The position numbers and the translations under genes are program-made. Below, in pieces: positions 24,093 to 36,900 of a stretch of 64,000 bases of DNA; the stretch's first letter is position 1; every line of letters starts with the position of its first letter. Source of the stretch: Schmidtea nova (lineage: Eukaryota); NCBI GenBank assembly GCA_044892505.1, contig CM097883.1:159836001-159900000 (forward strand). The letters run 5' to 3'. Below the pieces are notes generated by a model. That model did no database searches and had not been told where the DNA came from. It saw nothing but the letters and a program-made list of their open reading frames with translations.

Positions 24093-24617
24093 TCAGGTCC
24101 TTTCACTGGTTGACTGCATTTCGTATCGGGCTTGGATTTGTCGTAGATGACTTCTCATCCTTTGTTGGGTTTTTGCTTCTCTTTTGGCGCATCTACACAT
24201 TATCGTTTGTTGTTGTTTGAGGCTTCTGATTCGGTACAGGGTATAGGTAATCACGATGATCAGGATGATTGTCAATATTGTCATTGTGACTATTCCAACG
24301 ATGATCCATCTGTTTCGGATTTCGGATTCGATTTGGGTTTGACCTTTGATTGGCTTTAGGTGATCTTGAAATGTTTTATGGATTTCTCGGATCTTCTCGA
24401 TTTGACTGAATAGGGTTTGTAAGGGTTTGCGATGATCATGACTGATCCTCATTTGTCGGATTAATTGTTTCAAGTCTTCTCTGACTTCGTTTAGTTGTTT
24501 TTCGATCTCTTGGGATATTTCGTTTGACAGGGTTCTTTGGATTTCGGTTGTCGAACAGTTCATGATTATTGCTGTTAACATAATCGTTAGGATTGATAGG
24601 ATTTTGAGCCAGATCAT
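24093..24617 (-). CDS. Cargo ORF, 174 aa, predicted type I membrane protein
   Basis: N-terminal hydrophobic signal, coiled-coil ectodomain, TM WIIVGIVTMTILTIILIIVITYTLY, basic tail. Confidence 0.75.
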   Translation of the reverse strand: MIWLKILSILTIMLTAIIMNCSTTEIQRTLSNEISQEIEKQLNEVREDLKQLIRQMRISHDHRKPLQTLFSQIEKIREIHKTFQDHLKPIKGQTQIESEIRNRWIIVGIVTMTILTIILIIVITYTLYRIRSLKQQQTIMCRCAKREAKTQQRMRSHLRQIQARYEMQSTSERT

Positions 24618-24690
24618 TTCTGATTATTCTACTGATTAATACAGGTTACATCGATTTGTACATTTTTACACACGGATTTTTCGCCTCTTT

Positions 24691-25851
24691 TTACACATCC
24701 GTCTCCTCTGGTTCATGGAACCCTTCGTCTTGGAGTTCCATTGGTGGTGGTGGTATAAATGGTAACCACACCACTATACTTCTCCACATTGCAATTTCAT
24801 CTTGATACGTTCGAGAGATTTGTATCTCTTCATCTAACAGATACTCCATATAGTCTGATTGTTCGCTTAGAGTTTCGATTTGTCTTTCCATTTCTTCCAC
24901 TTTCCTCTTCAGGGCTTCTGTTTCTGTTGGTCCGGTTTCTACTTCTATGGTTTCTTTCTCTGCTTTCAGGGTTCGTATTTGTTGTTTCAGTTCCTCGTTT
25001 TCTTTCGTCAAATTCGTTATGTTTTCCTCGTAAGCTCGGTTTGATTCCGCATGTCTTTCTTTCACTGCTTTCAACTCCATTTTCTTTTGAGTCACCACCC
25101 CTTGATAACCATTTACATCTCTTTCCAGACTTTCTTTTTCCCTGATCAACTTTTGTCTTTCCACTTCCTCTTTCTGTCTAATGCCTCGCATTTCTCCATT
25201 TATCATCTGTATTTGCCATTGCGTTTTCTTTAGTTCCTTTGCCTGTTCTCGAATAAATCGCTGTCGTTTTCGACTCCATTCTTTGTTTGCTTGTTCTTGT
25301 CGTTTTCTCTGTTCCAATTCCTCTTTCAATTCGTCTATCTCTTGATATAATTTCCAATCTTTGCTGTATGCTGTCCTTCCGATTATCTCTTTGGCTTCTT
25401 TATACACTCGTTTCGACTCCATCTTCCAATGTCTCGCTTGAGTTTTGATTGCTAGTATTTTTACCTCCATTTTTTCCTCTTGTTTCTCCCTCTCTTCTCT
25501 TCGCGTTTTCTTCATATTTTTATAATGTTCTGCTTGTTTTCTCATCAATTGATAGGTCTCTTCTATCTTCTGTCGACTTCGTACATTCGTTCCTTCAAGC
25601 TTCTCTATTTGTGTTGTCAGTTGTACTATCTCTTTATTCACTTCCTCGAGTTCCAGTTGATATAACTCCATTTGTCTTTCGCATTTTAGTTTCTCGTAGA
25701 AATTGTTTGTCATTACTTCGTTTAATTCTCTGGTTCTTTGTTCCACTTCCATTTTACATCTACTTTCGATTTCTCTTTCTATTGCTTCTCGTTCGTTCGC
25801 CATCTCGTTTCTCGTTTCATCTTCGATTACATGTTCATTTGCGTTTTCCAT
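24691..25851 (-). CDS. Cargo ORF, 386 aa, long coiled-coil protein ending -ETDV
   Basis: E/K/R/Q-rich heptads over most of its length; C-terminal PPPP and EETDV. Confidence 0.8.
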   Translation of the reverse strand: MENANEHVIEDETRNEMANEREAIEREIESRCKMEVEQRTRELNEVMTNNFYEKLKCERQMELYQLELEEVNKEIVQLTTQIEKLEGTNVRSRQKIEETYQLMRKQAEHYKNMKKTRREEREKQEEKMEVKILAIKTQARHWKMESKRVYKEAKEIIGRTAYSKDWKLYQEIDELKEELEQRKRQEQANKEWSRKRQRFIREQAKELKKTQWQIQMINGEMRGIRQKEEVERQKLIREKESLERDVNGYQGVVTQKKMELKAVKERHAESNRAYEENITNLTKENEELKQQIRTLKAEKETIEVETGPTETEALKRKVEEMERQIETLSEQSDYMEYLLDEEIQISRTYQDEIAMWRSIVVWLPFIPPPPMELQDEGFHEPEETDV

Positions 25852-25940
25852 TCTGTAATTTACAAATTTACGCTTGTTATACTATATGTTTATTGTTGTC
25901 GTCGATTTTTACACTTTATTTACAGGGTCGTTCACTCTGA

Positions 25941-27353
25941 CTACTCTAACCATCCTTTCGTTGACTTCGTGTTCATCACTGTTGTACTTGTTTTCTTTTC
26001 GATCTCCAACTCTACATATAAGTTGTCGTCGTACAACATTTCCCACATTGTTTGGTGTGGTATGAATTTTGGTTCTCCAGTCGCTAATGAACATTCTGTG
26101 GTTGGTCTTTTGTAAGCTTCGTGCTTACCATCAATCTTGAATACTCTCGCTATTGTTTCTTTCGAGTTTCTCACTCTCATTATAGCCTTTGTTTCTAGTG
26201 GCCATTCTAATATGTCGTCGTAACCACCTTTACACAACGCAAAGAATAATGACACATGCGTTTCCTTTCCTGATCCATCTCCATTTGGATAAATTCTCAT
26301 CCGGACTTTGTATCCGTTTTTCCACAGATAGAATGGTGGACTTGTTACCGACACTTGACTTCCTGCTTTTGCTGCTGTGAACTTTTCGTTGAAGTTCTTG
26401 ATTTTCCATATATATGGTGCAACAGGTAAACTCTCGATATCCTCTGCATCTCGCACCCACATTTGATGTCGCACGTTTACTTCTTTTACTAGCGTCTCTA
26501 TGACTTTGATTTTCTCCATCATTTTCTCTCTGGTGAGCTCGAATAGCTCTCTTGTTTCTAGTAACAGCTCCGTCATTATTCTCTGAGATTCGATTTCTTT
26601 TCCCAGCTTCTGTATGGTTTGTTCCATTCCGTTCAAATTTGCTGTTAACATCTCGGCGTGTTGTACTGTTTCCGTTTCCAAATGCTCTTTCATCTCTTTG
26701 CTCGTTTTCTTTACTACACATCCTTGTTTACTCCATACGCACTTTCTTGGTCTTGATTCGCACTGTTCCCAATGTTCTCTCAACATCACTTCTTCTCCGG
26801 TTCCGCAATTACTTGGACAAATTCCTCTGAATTTTCCACACACTTTCTCTTCTGCTACGTTGAGATGTTCTGTTTCGATTATCTCTCTTGTCTCTCTTTG
26901 TTCGCAGTATTGACACTCTATTATCTCTGCTTTGCACTCATCTTTGTGATTTTTCGACTGCTTGATGGTTATCGTCTGTTGACACTTTTCACATATCGCT
27001 TTCTTGTTTTCACATTTCCCCAGATGTTGTCTTAACTCGATTATTGGTCCTTTCCATTCACATGGTTGGTTTGTACACTCTGTTTTTATCTTCCAGATCT
27101 CCTTTTGGATTGCTTTGTCTGGTTTCGTCTCGTTGATTAGTAGTTTATCGTCACACTCTGGACATTTTCTTGTCTCACTTTCACTGATTATTTGCAATAT
27201 ACACTTGGTGCACATCCTGCATCCACATTCCGTTTGTCTCGGTTTTAACAGTAAATTTTTACACTTTACACACGTCACATTTACTCCCCATTGTCGATTC
27301 TCTCCTCTTAGAATCTCGATTGTTTGGTAATCTGCTTCGTTTTCTGCTCTCAT
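25941..27353 (-). CDS. TRAF: Cargo ORF, 470 aa, TRAF-like protein (RING, TRAF zinc fingers, coiled coil, MATH)
   Basis: RING CVKC..KPRQTECGCRMCTKC..CPEC; Zn finger CTNQPCEWKG..HLGKC; MATH YIWKIKNF...SPPFY...GYKVRMRIYPNGDGSGKETHVSLFF...YDDILEWP. Intronless. Confidence 0.93.
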   Translation of the reverse strand: MRAENEADYQTIEILRGENRQWGVNVTCVKCKNLLLKPRQTECGCRMCTKCILQIISESETRKCPECDDKLLINETKPDKAIQKEIWKIKTECTNQPCEWKGPIIELRQHLGKCENKKAICEKCQQTITIKQSKNHKDECKAEIIECQYCEQRETREIIETEHLNVAEEKVCGKFRGICPSNCGTGEEVMLREHWEQCESRPRKCVWSKQGCVVKKTSKEMKEHLETETVQHAEMLTANLNGMEQTIQKLGKEIESQRIMTELLLETRELFELTREKMMEKIKVIETLVKEVNVRHQMWVRDAEDIESLPVAPYIWKIKNFNEKFTAAKAGSQVSVTSPPFYLWKNGYKVRMRIYPNGDGSGKETHVSLFFALCKGGYDDILEWPLETKAIMRVRNSKETIARVFKIDGKHEAYKRPTTECSLATGEPKFIPHQTMWEMLYDDNLYVELEIEKKTSTTVMNTKSTKGWLE

Positions 27354-27443
27354 TCTACAACAATATTTACATCAATTTCCCCATGTTTTTGATTTTTTCT
27401 GGTTCTTTATTTACACGTATTTACACAATTTTCCGCTTATTCA

Positions 27444-27794
27444 CTATACATCCTCAGTTGAATCTGGCTCTGGATACACGTCTATCTCATTTACAATCCA
27501 GCTCGTCCAACTATCTGGTATCTCTTCCTCTTCATGTCTCGTTAATCTGTCAATTTCTTCTGCTTGCCAGTTGTTCACTTCATTCAATGTTCGGTTCTCG
27601 TTCTGTAATTCGTTTATCTGTAGTTGTTGAATCTCGATTTTGTTCATTGCTTCGAAATTACAGTTATAACTCTCGGTTAATAATTGCGTTTTTGCCGTCA
27701 ACTGGCTCTGTAATTCATTTACTGTTCTGGCTAGCAGGTCACATTGTACTTTCCATCTTGTCATCATCGACATCTCTGTGGTTCCTTGATTCAT
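27444..27794 (-). CDS. Cargo ORF, 116 aa, short coiled-coil protein
   Basis: Heptad pattern; acidic C-terminus YPEPDSTEDV resembling the end of the 386-aa ORF. Confidence 0.65.
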   Translation of the reverse strand: MNQGTTEMSMMTRWKVQCDLLARTVNELQSQLTAKTQLLTESYNCNFEAMNKIEIQQLQINELQNENRTLNEVNNWQAEEIDRLTRHEEEEIPDSWTSWIVNEIDVYPEPDSTEDV

Positions 27795-27916
27795 CGTTTT
27801 TCTAGATTATATACATCATTCTCTTTTTCTGTTTTTATGTTTTATAATATTTATACCCATACGTATACGGTTATGCATTGGTTTTTACACTATTATTTAC
27901 ACTCATATTCCACCCT

Positions 27917-30900
27917 CTATACAACTATTACTGGTTTTCCTTCGTACAGTTCCTCGTCCTCGATCTGTACCCACATCTCTTCGTGTTTTGATCGTCTTTT
28001 CAGCTCTTCTCGTACTTCTTTTGGTAGTTTTATGTTGTAATTCGTGACCTTTACGTCTGGCCATTTTACTGCTATGGTCTTATTTCTCATGCCATATCTC
28101 CAACATACTATCATGATCGTTATCAGCGGTATACACCCTATGAATACTCCCATGCTGATTAATCCCATTATTGTTTTCCCAATGCTCATCTTCGGAGTTT
28201 CACTTTGGTTTGTCATCACGCCATATTGACCTTTCCATTCTGCTTCCCATTGTTCATATTGTTGTTGTCTCTGTCTGACTTCTTCGATCACTTTCTCTGG
28301 TTCCCATCTTTCTTGTTGGTTTGGTAATTTTTCCTCCTTCTCGTTTTGTTCTCTCTTCTGACTAAATTCTCGGAATTCTAACTTTTTGATTCTCCTCTTT
28401 ATCGGCGTGTAATAGGTTTCGCACCTTTCTTGTGGATTTCCTTGTGCGTCCACTTCTTCGATTGCACACACTTCGTATTCTGCGTTTGTTTTCAACTTCC
28501 TCATTTCTACCTCGATTATTTCTCCTTTATCATTTGATGTCTTTTGACAGTTTCGTGGGGACTTTCCCATACTGTTTGGCATTAATGTCCAACAGATTTC
28601 TAGGACCTTTTTATGGATCTTCCATATTATCAACGTTGTTGATTCCGGTTCTTTTTCTATTGTCGTCCTTTCTGTTGTTACCTGTTGAACTCCTTGACTG
28701 TTGGCTGTCGTGGTTCTTCTTGACTTTCTTTTCCTCTGTCGACTTCTTCCCATTTCGATCGTTCTTGTTCCGTTAATTTGCTCTGGCGTCTTGTACAGTT
28801 TGCACTCCAGGCTTCTTTGTATTATTTCTCTTATTCTTCGGATTACGCAGATTTCATATGCTTGTCCGACTTCGAATCCATTTAGTTGAAACGGGATTCC
28901 TCGTTCTCTCGTTCTGCATTGCGGTATTACGTTGCTGGTCGGTACTCCGATGTATTTTCTCCAACACATCCCAATTGTTCTCCGACCAATGCTTTTTATC
29001 TCCACGGTTACTACTTCATTCGCAATCGTTTCTTGATCTTGTTTCTTTCTTTTTGGGAACTCAATGATCTCCTTTGCTTGGAACACTTTACACTCGCTTG
29101 TTCCTGGTCTGTTTCCGTTTGCTGCTTTTTCCATGAGACATAGTTCACATTTTTTATCTGTCTCTATTTCTGTTATTTCGATTTCTTCATTTGTCTCTGC
29201 TTCCCGACTTTCTCTTGTCTCGCTGATTCCAATTACTTCATTATTTCGTCCCCAACATCTTCCATTCGTTGTTCGTTGATCTTGGATGTTTACTAACGTC
29301 ATCACGCTGATATCTATGTCTTCCATGATTCTCTTAATGAGGATTAATATTAATGCTACACATATCAGTTCTGGTTGGAATGTTAATTTTCCCGCTGGAT
29401 TTTTGGTTATTCTTTCTTTCTCTGTTCGGTTTCTGATTCCTTCTTCTGCTTCCGATTGATTCTTCCCTTTCTCCGATTCCACTTCTGTTCTTCTCGTTGT
29501 CTCTTCACTTCTTTTCCCAATCCATTTCTGTATCTTCAGCGCTTCCGTTGCTTTGTATAATTGACAGGCAGTTACTTGAGGTGCTTTTGGTTCTCCTCTC
29601 TGCTTTACTGCGCATATTATGTATGACTTTTCTTTCTCCAACCCTTTGATTTGGATGACGTCTCGCTTCAAGTCTGACAATATACATTTCAGCGTATCGT
29701 TTTTCTTCAGGTTTTCTTTCCAGCATATTCTTTCGTATACTTCGTTTCCTCTGATTATTTCCAGCGTGACGTATTGTTTCTTGGCTTCGCCTTGTCCGAT
29801 GATCGTTATCAATATCGCAATACACAACATTTCCGGTCTCAAAAGTAGACTTCCTGCTCGTTTTCCATAGTTCGTACTTTCGTCTTTTGTTCCTCTGTTT
29901 TCTCGTTCTTCGGCTTCTTCCTTTTTGTCGTTTCTCGTTGGCTTCGGTTCTTCTTGTCTTTCTTTTTCATTATCCTCCGTTCTTTTGTTGTCATTGTCTT
30001 CGTTGTTCTTTTCGTTGTTACTTTTGTCGTCGAAATCTTTGTAACCACCCCCTGGTCCTTTCGAAATGTCGTCCTCGACATTAATTTCTTTAATCAATCT
30101 TTCATACGCTTGAACCGCGAGTGTGCTAGACTCGAATTCACGTATTTCCATATCCTTGGATGGTTCTATGTTTTCTAGTCCACTTTGCTTGATCGTTTCT
30201 TTGGCATTTGCCCATTCATTCACATATTTTCTGAACAAGTCTTTCCATCTTCCCGTTCGTTCCTGTTCTTTTGGGTTGTTCGTAAATTTCAAATCTCTTC
30301 TCTTCAAGAATTCTTCTACTATCTCTGGCTTTTTGTGTCTTAGTAACGCGCTTCTGATACACCAATTCTGATTCTGTTCCATATGGTCATTGATCTTGAA
30401 CACTGGTTCCTTGGTGATCGGATTCACCCATGTTAGTAATGCTCTCGTTTTCTCTATGTCGTGTATCATTACCGTCAGACTGAAATTCTTTACGTTATTC
30501 GCCAGATATTCGATATCATCTTGTTTCTTGATGGACTTTATGAACTTGATCATCTCGAAGTTGTTCCACTGTATTGCGATATCTATGATGGAATTATTCT
30601 TTCCATTTTTCTCTTCGATTTTTGCTCCTGCTTCGTATAACTCGTTTAGCACTTTCAACTTCGTCTTCTTCCTTGCTGCGATTATCATGATTGTATCTCC
30701 ATTATCATCAACCGTATTCATGTCTGCTTCGCACTTGACCATCGCTTTCGTTATTTCTAGCGCTTCGTTTTCTTTCTTTCGACGTAATGCCCAGTGTATC
30801 GGCAATCTCCCATCCTTTGATAATAGGAATGTTACTGGCATTTGATTTTTGATCGTTTCTATGTCACTCTCGTTATAATCTCCTTGTGCGTATCTGTGCA

Positions 30901-33900
30901 CTTTCTCTGTAATTGCTCCTAGTATCTCCAACGAGTTTTTATTCTCCTTGAATTCTGATAGTCTTTCCTGCGTTTTTGCTACGATTGCGTCTAGTCTCTC
31001 TTGATTATCAGCTTTTGCATTGAACAACACTGCTTTGCTTCTTATTCGCGTTTGCATCTGTTTCATTCGTTGGTCTTGATACACTGCTTGTCTGAAGAAT
31101 TGTCCATACTTCAATGCTTCCATCAGCTCTTTATATCGCTTGCTTATTTCTTTGTGCTGCTTTTGGATGTCATAAAAATGTTCGAAGCTCATATCCGGAT
31201 TCCATTGCTTATCGCACCATTTCTTGATTAATCCGAATAATTCTTTCTTTCTGTCTTCCAACTTGTATTCTCTTGGGTTCTCGCTGACCCGTAGCGTATC
31301 TCTCGCTATTAACACTGCAAGTGTTTTTGGATCGTATGTTACTTCTAGTAGATGTTTCAGTAACGCATTTTCTCCCTTTGTGAATACTTCATTACAATCT
31401 ATGACCCACGAATCTCCTTCTGGTCTTTTCCACTTTAGCAATATCCTCCAGGTTTTACTGTTCTTTACCCCGATTGCTTGTTTCATGATCGATCCTCTAG
31501 TTAGTTCATCGATTTCCCACGTGGCATTTTCCGTAATATACTTCAGTATTCGGTGATTCGCTCTATCAATTGCATGATTCAGGAACGTTCGTCCTTCTTT
31601 ATCTTTTGCCATCCAACTCGATCTGGTGTTTCCGAATAGCTCGACTATTTCCTCATCTCTTCCATGAATCGTCATCATCATAAGTGGAGTGATTCCTTCC
31701 CAATTCACTTTGTCAATTTCTCCTCCACCTTCGAGTATCATCTCTACGATCTCTTTCACTTTTTCGTTCCCACTGTGCTTGATTGCATTGTGCAACGCGG
31801 TGTTACCGTCTTTGTCTTGTAGATTCAATGTTTGAGGGATTTCCTCTAGCAGCGTTCTTGTTATTGGATGTGCTGTTCTATCCTTCGCATAATCCATTAC
31901 ATTCTTTCGAACTTCTGACAGTATATTGAAATCGTGCCACCATTTCCATTCTGGTATGATTTCTCTGGTCCTCTTTGCCAGTTCTTTGATGTTTATTGCT
32001 TCTCTTCGGTTGTCTTCTAGACTTGTTTGCAGCTTTTGTTGTACTCGCAACATATTAATTCTCGCCGTCTGTGATCTTGTCATCACCCTTTTCTCTGGTG
32101 ATAGAGTTGCTGTCTTTGGTATTTTTCTGCATCGACATGCATTCACGTATATTGGTCTTACCAATGGATTGTTCACCAATCGTACTCGCACATTGTTTTC
32201 GTTTACGGTTGTTATTTCGTATGGCCCTTTGCCTGGTCGTTGGAGTTTCTTGACCGTACCGGGTATTATCTCTGGTGTCTCGATTATCACCCAATCTCCA
32301 ACTTTTAAATCATGTGCTTTCACATTCTTTTTCTGATCATGTAGATCCTTATAACTCTCTTGATAGAACTTGATGTTTAGTTCCGCCGTTTTCCAGATTT
32401 CTTGCATTCTTTCTTTGAACTTTGTAACGTAATCGTCAACCTCCATGTATTGTGATAATGGTGGTTGGTATTCTAAATCGATCGGTAAGTTGCAATCTCT
32501 TCCGTACATCAGTTGAAATGGACTTAGCTTTGTTGCCGCATGTATTGACATTCTATATGCCATTAAACACAAGTTGATGTATTCGTCCCAGTCAGTCTGA
32601 TGTTTGCTGACGTAATTCGACAACATGCGTATCAATGTTCCATTGAACCTTTCTGTTTGACCGTTCGTTTGTGGATGGTATGGGGATGTTCGTAATTTCG
32701 CAATTCGGAAGTAATTCGTGACTTCGTCTAATATCTCACTCATGAAATTTGTTCCTTGATCCGTTAGGATTTTCTTTGGTGTTCCGTATCTGCAGCATGT
32801 CTCTTCCACCAATATTCTCGCGACTGTTTTCGCTTTTTGATCTGGTATTGCGAATGCTTCTGGGAACTTTGTTAGATAGTCCGTGACTACTAAGATATAT
32901 TGATTCCCCTTTAAACTTTCTGGCAGTGGCCCAACTACATCCATGGCTATCGTCGCCATTGGTTCTGCAGATATTGGCATTGGTTTTAGTGGTGTTTTCC
33001 ACTTCGTTCCGACGTTCTTTCTTGTTGCACAGGTTAAGCAGTTCCTTATCCATTCTTTCACATCATCTTCCATGGTTGGCCAAAAATACTTTTGTCTCAA
33101 TCTCCCGATTGTCTTTTTCGCTGACATATGTCCGCCTAATTTTCCGTCATGATATTGAGTCATGATTTCCTTTCGCCTATTCGCAGGTAAGCACATTAAT
33201 CTCCGTTCTCCATCTTGTATCAATAACCATCCTTTTTCCATCACGTATCTATGTTGGTATTTTTGCATATGTTCGCGCAACGTTTGGTTCTTGCCGAATA
33301 TTTCTATTTCCCTTTCTTTCAGATACTTGCTGATCAATCCCAACTCCTCATCTTCGAGTTGATCCTTCCTTAATTCGCTGAAATCCAGATCTTCCGCTAT
33401 TAGTGCACATATTTTTAGAGCATTCAGGTTCACCAACTCCGGAAATGTAAACCTTGACATGCAATCTGCGTTTGCATTTGCTTTTCCTGCTTTAAACTTT
33501 ATGAATGGCGAGTATTCTTGCAACTGCATTGCCCAACGCATCAATCTACTTGATGATTCTTTATGTTGACCTAACCATACTAGCGGTTGATGATCCGTCG
33601 TGATATATATTTCATGACCCCACAGTAGGTACTTGAAATGCTTGATTGCCAATATTATCGCATAGGCTTCTCTTTCTGTGACTGAGTAATTCCTTTCATG
33701 TTTTCTGAACGTTCGACTATAATATCCGATTACTCTCTCTTTGCCTTCTTCATCAAATTGGCCTAGTACTGCTCCTGCTGCATATCCACTTGCATCTGTT
33801 GCCAACAAAAATGGCTTCTTAAAATCTGGATGGACCAGTATTGGTGCTGTAATCAGCTTATCTCGTAATGTTTCAAATGCTGCTTGCTGTTCTATTCCCC

Positions 33901-36900
33901 ATATAAACGACACATCTTGTCTTACCAATTCTTGCATTGGCTTTGATATTCCTGCATAGTCCTTGATGAATTTTCGATAATATCCACACAATCCCAAAAA
34001 TTCTTGTATTTGAGTTACTGTCTTGGGTGGTGGACATTCTTTAACTTTCTCGATATTTCTTGGATCTGGTTCTTTTCCTTTTGCTGATACAATGTGACCT
34101 AAGAATGTCACTTTCTCTTTTGCCCAATCGCACTTTGACGGCTTCAATTTCAGCTTCCATTGCCTTAATTTCACGAACACATTTCTGATGTCTTGCAAGT
34201 GATCCTCGAATGTTGCGGAGTAGATCAATAGATCGTCGATGTACACCATGCATTGTTTTATGCCATGTGTTACGAAATTCATGCATCTCTGGAATGATGC
34301 TGGCGCGTTTGTTAACCCAAACGGCATTTTCTTGAATTGGTACAGATCTCGTCCGATTGTAAATGCTGTCTTCTCTTTATCCTCGTCTTTCATTTTGATC
34401 TGCCAATATCCGCTTTTTAAATCTAGTGACGTGAAATAAGCTGCTCCTTGTAACGTCAACAACATTTCGTTTATGTCTGGCAGTGGGTACGTATCTCTTT
34501 TCGTAACTGCGTTCAATCGTCTGTAATCGATACAGAATCTCTGAGTTCCATCCTTCTTTTTCACCATCACCACTGGGAATTGCCAGGGTGAGCAACTAGG
34601 TTCGATGACCTCTGCATCTAACATCTTTTGTACCTCTTCTTCTGCCACTGCTTTTTGAGCTTCTGCCAATTTGTATGGTCGTAATGCTATTGGCGTTTCG
34701 TCCGTCAACGGTATCGTGTGTAATGTTACATCACAGGTTCCCAGATCTAAATCTGATGCTGCGAATATATCTTTATATTCCATCAACAGTTTCTGTAACT
34801 GTTCTTTTTGTCGTTCGTCCAACAACACACTGTCGATTTTCCATGGTAATTCGCCTTTGCTTTTCTCATTCTTGTCTGGTATTTCGATTTCGGACATGGG
34901 TGTCAATTTACCCAATCTCTCATTCTCGTATATTATCTTGTCCTCTTCGTCGAAATTTACCAGATTGATCGGTATTTCTCCTTCTTGATTTATCGTAACC
35001 AATTCTCTTGCCATTGGTAATTCTTTCTTTGCTTCGAACTTTTTACTTGGTTCGAATATCATATCTCCTTTGATTGTTGAATCGATCTTGACATAGCACA
35101 TCATTTCGTGTCTCGCTGGCACTACTATTTGTTCCGCACTTGCCACTTTAACTTTCATCCTGCAGATTTTTCCTGTTCTATCTTTTAGTTTCATTGCTCC
35201 TAGATCAATTACGATTTCCTTGAACAGGTCGGGCATCAGGTCAGTTCCAATAATACATGGTACACTCAGCGATGGTATTACAGCGATGTACGTGTCGATT
35301 TCTGCACCTCGATGCTTAATTTTTACAAACCATCTTCCGGCTACTTCTACTGTCTCTTGACTGCACGCGATTACATGTACGTTCGTCTTCTCAATTTCTC
35401 CTTGGTTTTTCTCGGGTATATAGTTAATGTCGATTGCCGAAATATTCGCGCCTGTATCGATCATTGCTTCAATTTCTCTTCCGTTTATTTCTACGGTTGT
35501 TGTTAAGATTGGTCCCATGTTTGTGGACATAACCGCTATCGTGTGCGTGTCTTCCAATGAGTCTACGCTTTTACCTCGTTTTACTTTGCATCCTTCTGGA
35601 ATTATCGGGTATATACTTGTCATCGGCATCATCTGCATCATATTCGGCTTTGCTTTATATATAGGTTCGTTATACATTGACTGAGGTGGAGCGCTGTATC
35701 TCCAATTCTCAACTGTACTCTTTTCGTTGTATTGTGGAATCTGGTTTATATTCGCTTGTCCTCCTCGATCGTCATCATCATCGTCATCATTACTTGAATC
35801 ATCTTGTGTTCGATATCCTCTCACTCTTTCCCATAATCCTTTCCTTTCCTTCTTCAGTTGTCGTCTTGCTTGTTCATCTTGCATTATCTTTTTGAATTTT
35901 CTTCCGACATCTTCGTTAGTTCCTTTCATTTTTGCAAGTATCTTCAACAACCTCTTTATTCGATGTATGTCTTTCGAGTGTCCATGTAACACCATCGTTT
36001 TCGCAAGGAATGGTAAAAACCCTACTACCATTTTCCAATTCACTTTCTTTTCTCTCTTGTAGATATCGAAACACGCTAACATTTGCGTTATTATCACTCT
36101 GACGATTTGTATTATCAATATAACACCCAGTATTCCAGCCATCATTTGTCCAAATATCAGGAATCTTCCCCACATTGCCTTCATCATATTTTCTGTGGCC
36201 TTCTTGAAATGTGCCGGTGACAACAACAGTTCGTAATTCGGTCCTTCTCGATAATTCGTTCCTCCCGTTATCGTTACGATATTTGACAGTAATGCTTCTC
36301 TTCTTGCCGGGAATAATATATTCTGTCTTGCTGCTTCCAGATCTTTTGGACTATAGATTCCGTTGTTTGAGACATCTACGTCACTGAACTGTCTATCCTT
36401 TGACAACTGCATTAGCTCAAATTCTCTTGGTGCTAATACTTCAGTTCTTCCTGGGAACATGACCCATTTGCCATCTGGCTTCTGATAAAGCGGTCCGTAC
36501 GCGTTACTACAGTTGAATGGATTTGGTTCAAAACCTGGTGGATTGATGATTCTCGTCACCGGTTGAACGTATCGTACTTTTCCTTTGTAATCGATTTCTA
36601 GTTCGTTTGTACATTGTCCAGGTTTCAACTGCGTTGTTGCTGCTAGCGATGCGTGTGTCTTTTCGCAAATGTATACATACATTGCTTCTCCGACCACTCT
36701 TCCGAAATGTCCTTCTCTCAGTGGTAATAACGGCATCGCGCTATCTGGATTCGTAATCGCTACGGCCAACTTTGTCTTCAATATTTCTCGATTCAGTATA
36801 CAATCGTTATTTATCAGATCATAGTACACTTTTTGCAATGAGGCTTGACCTCTATGGAATAAGAAATCCATTTTATTATTCACATACAAGTGTAGCTTGA

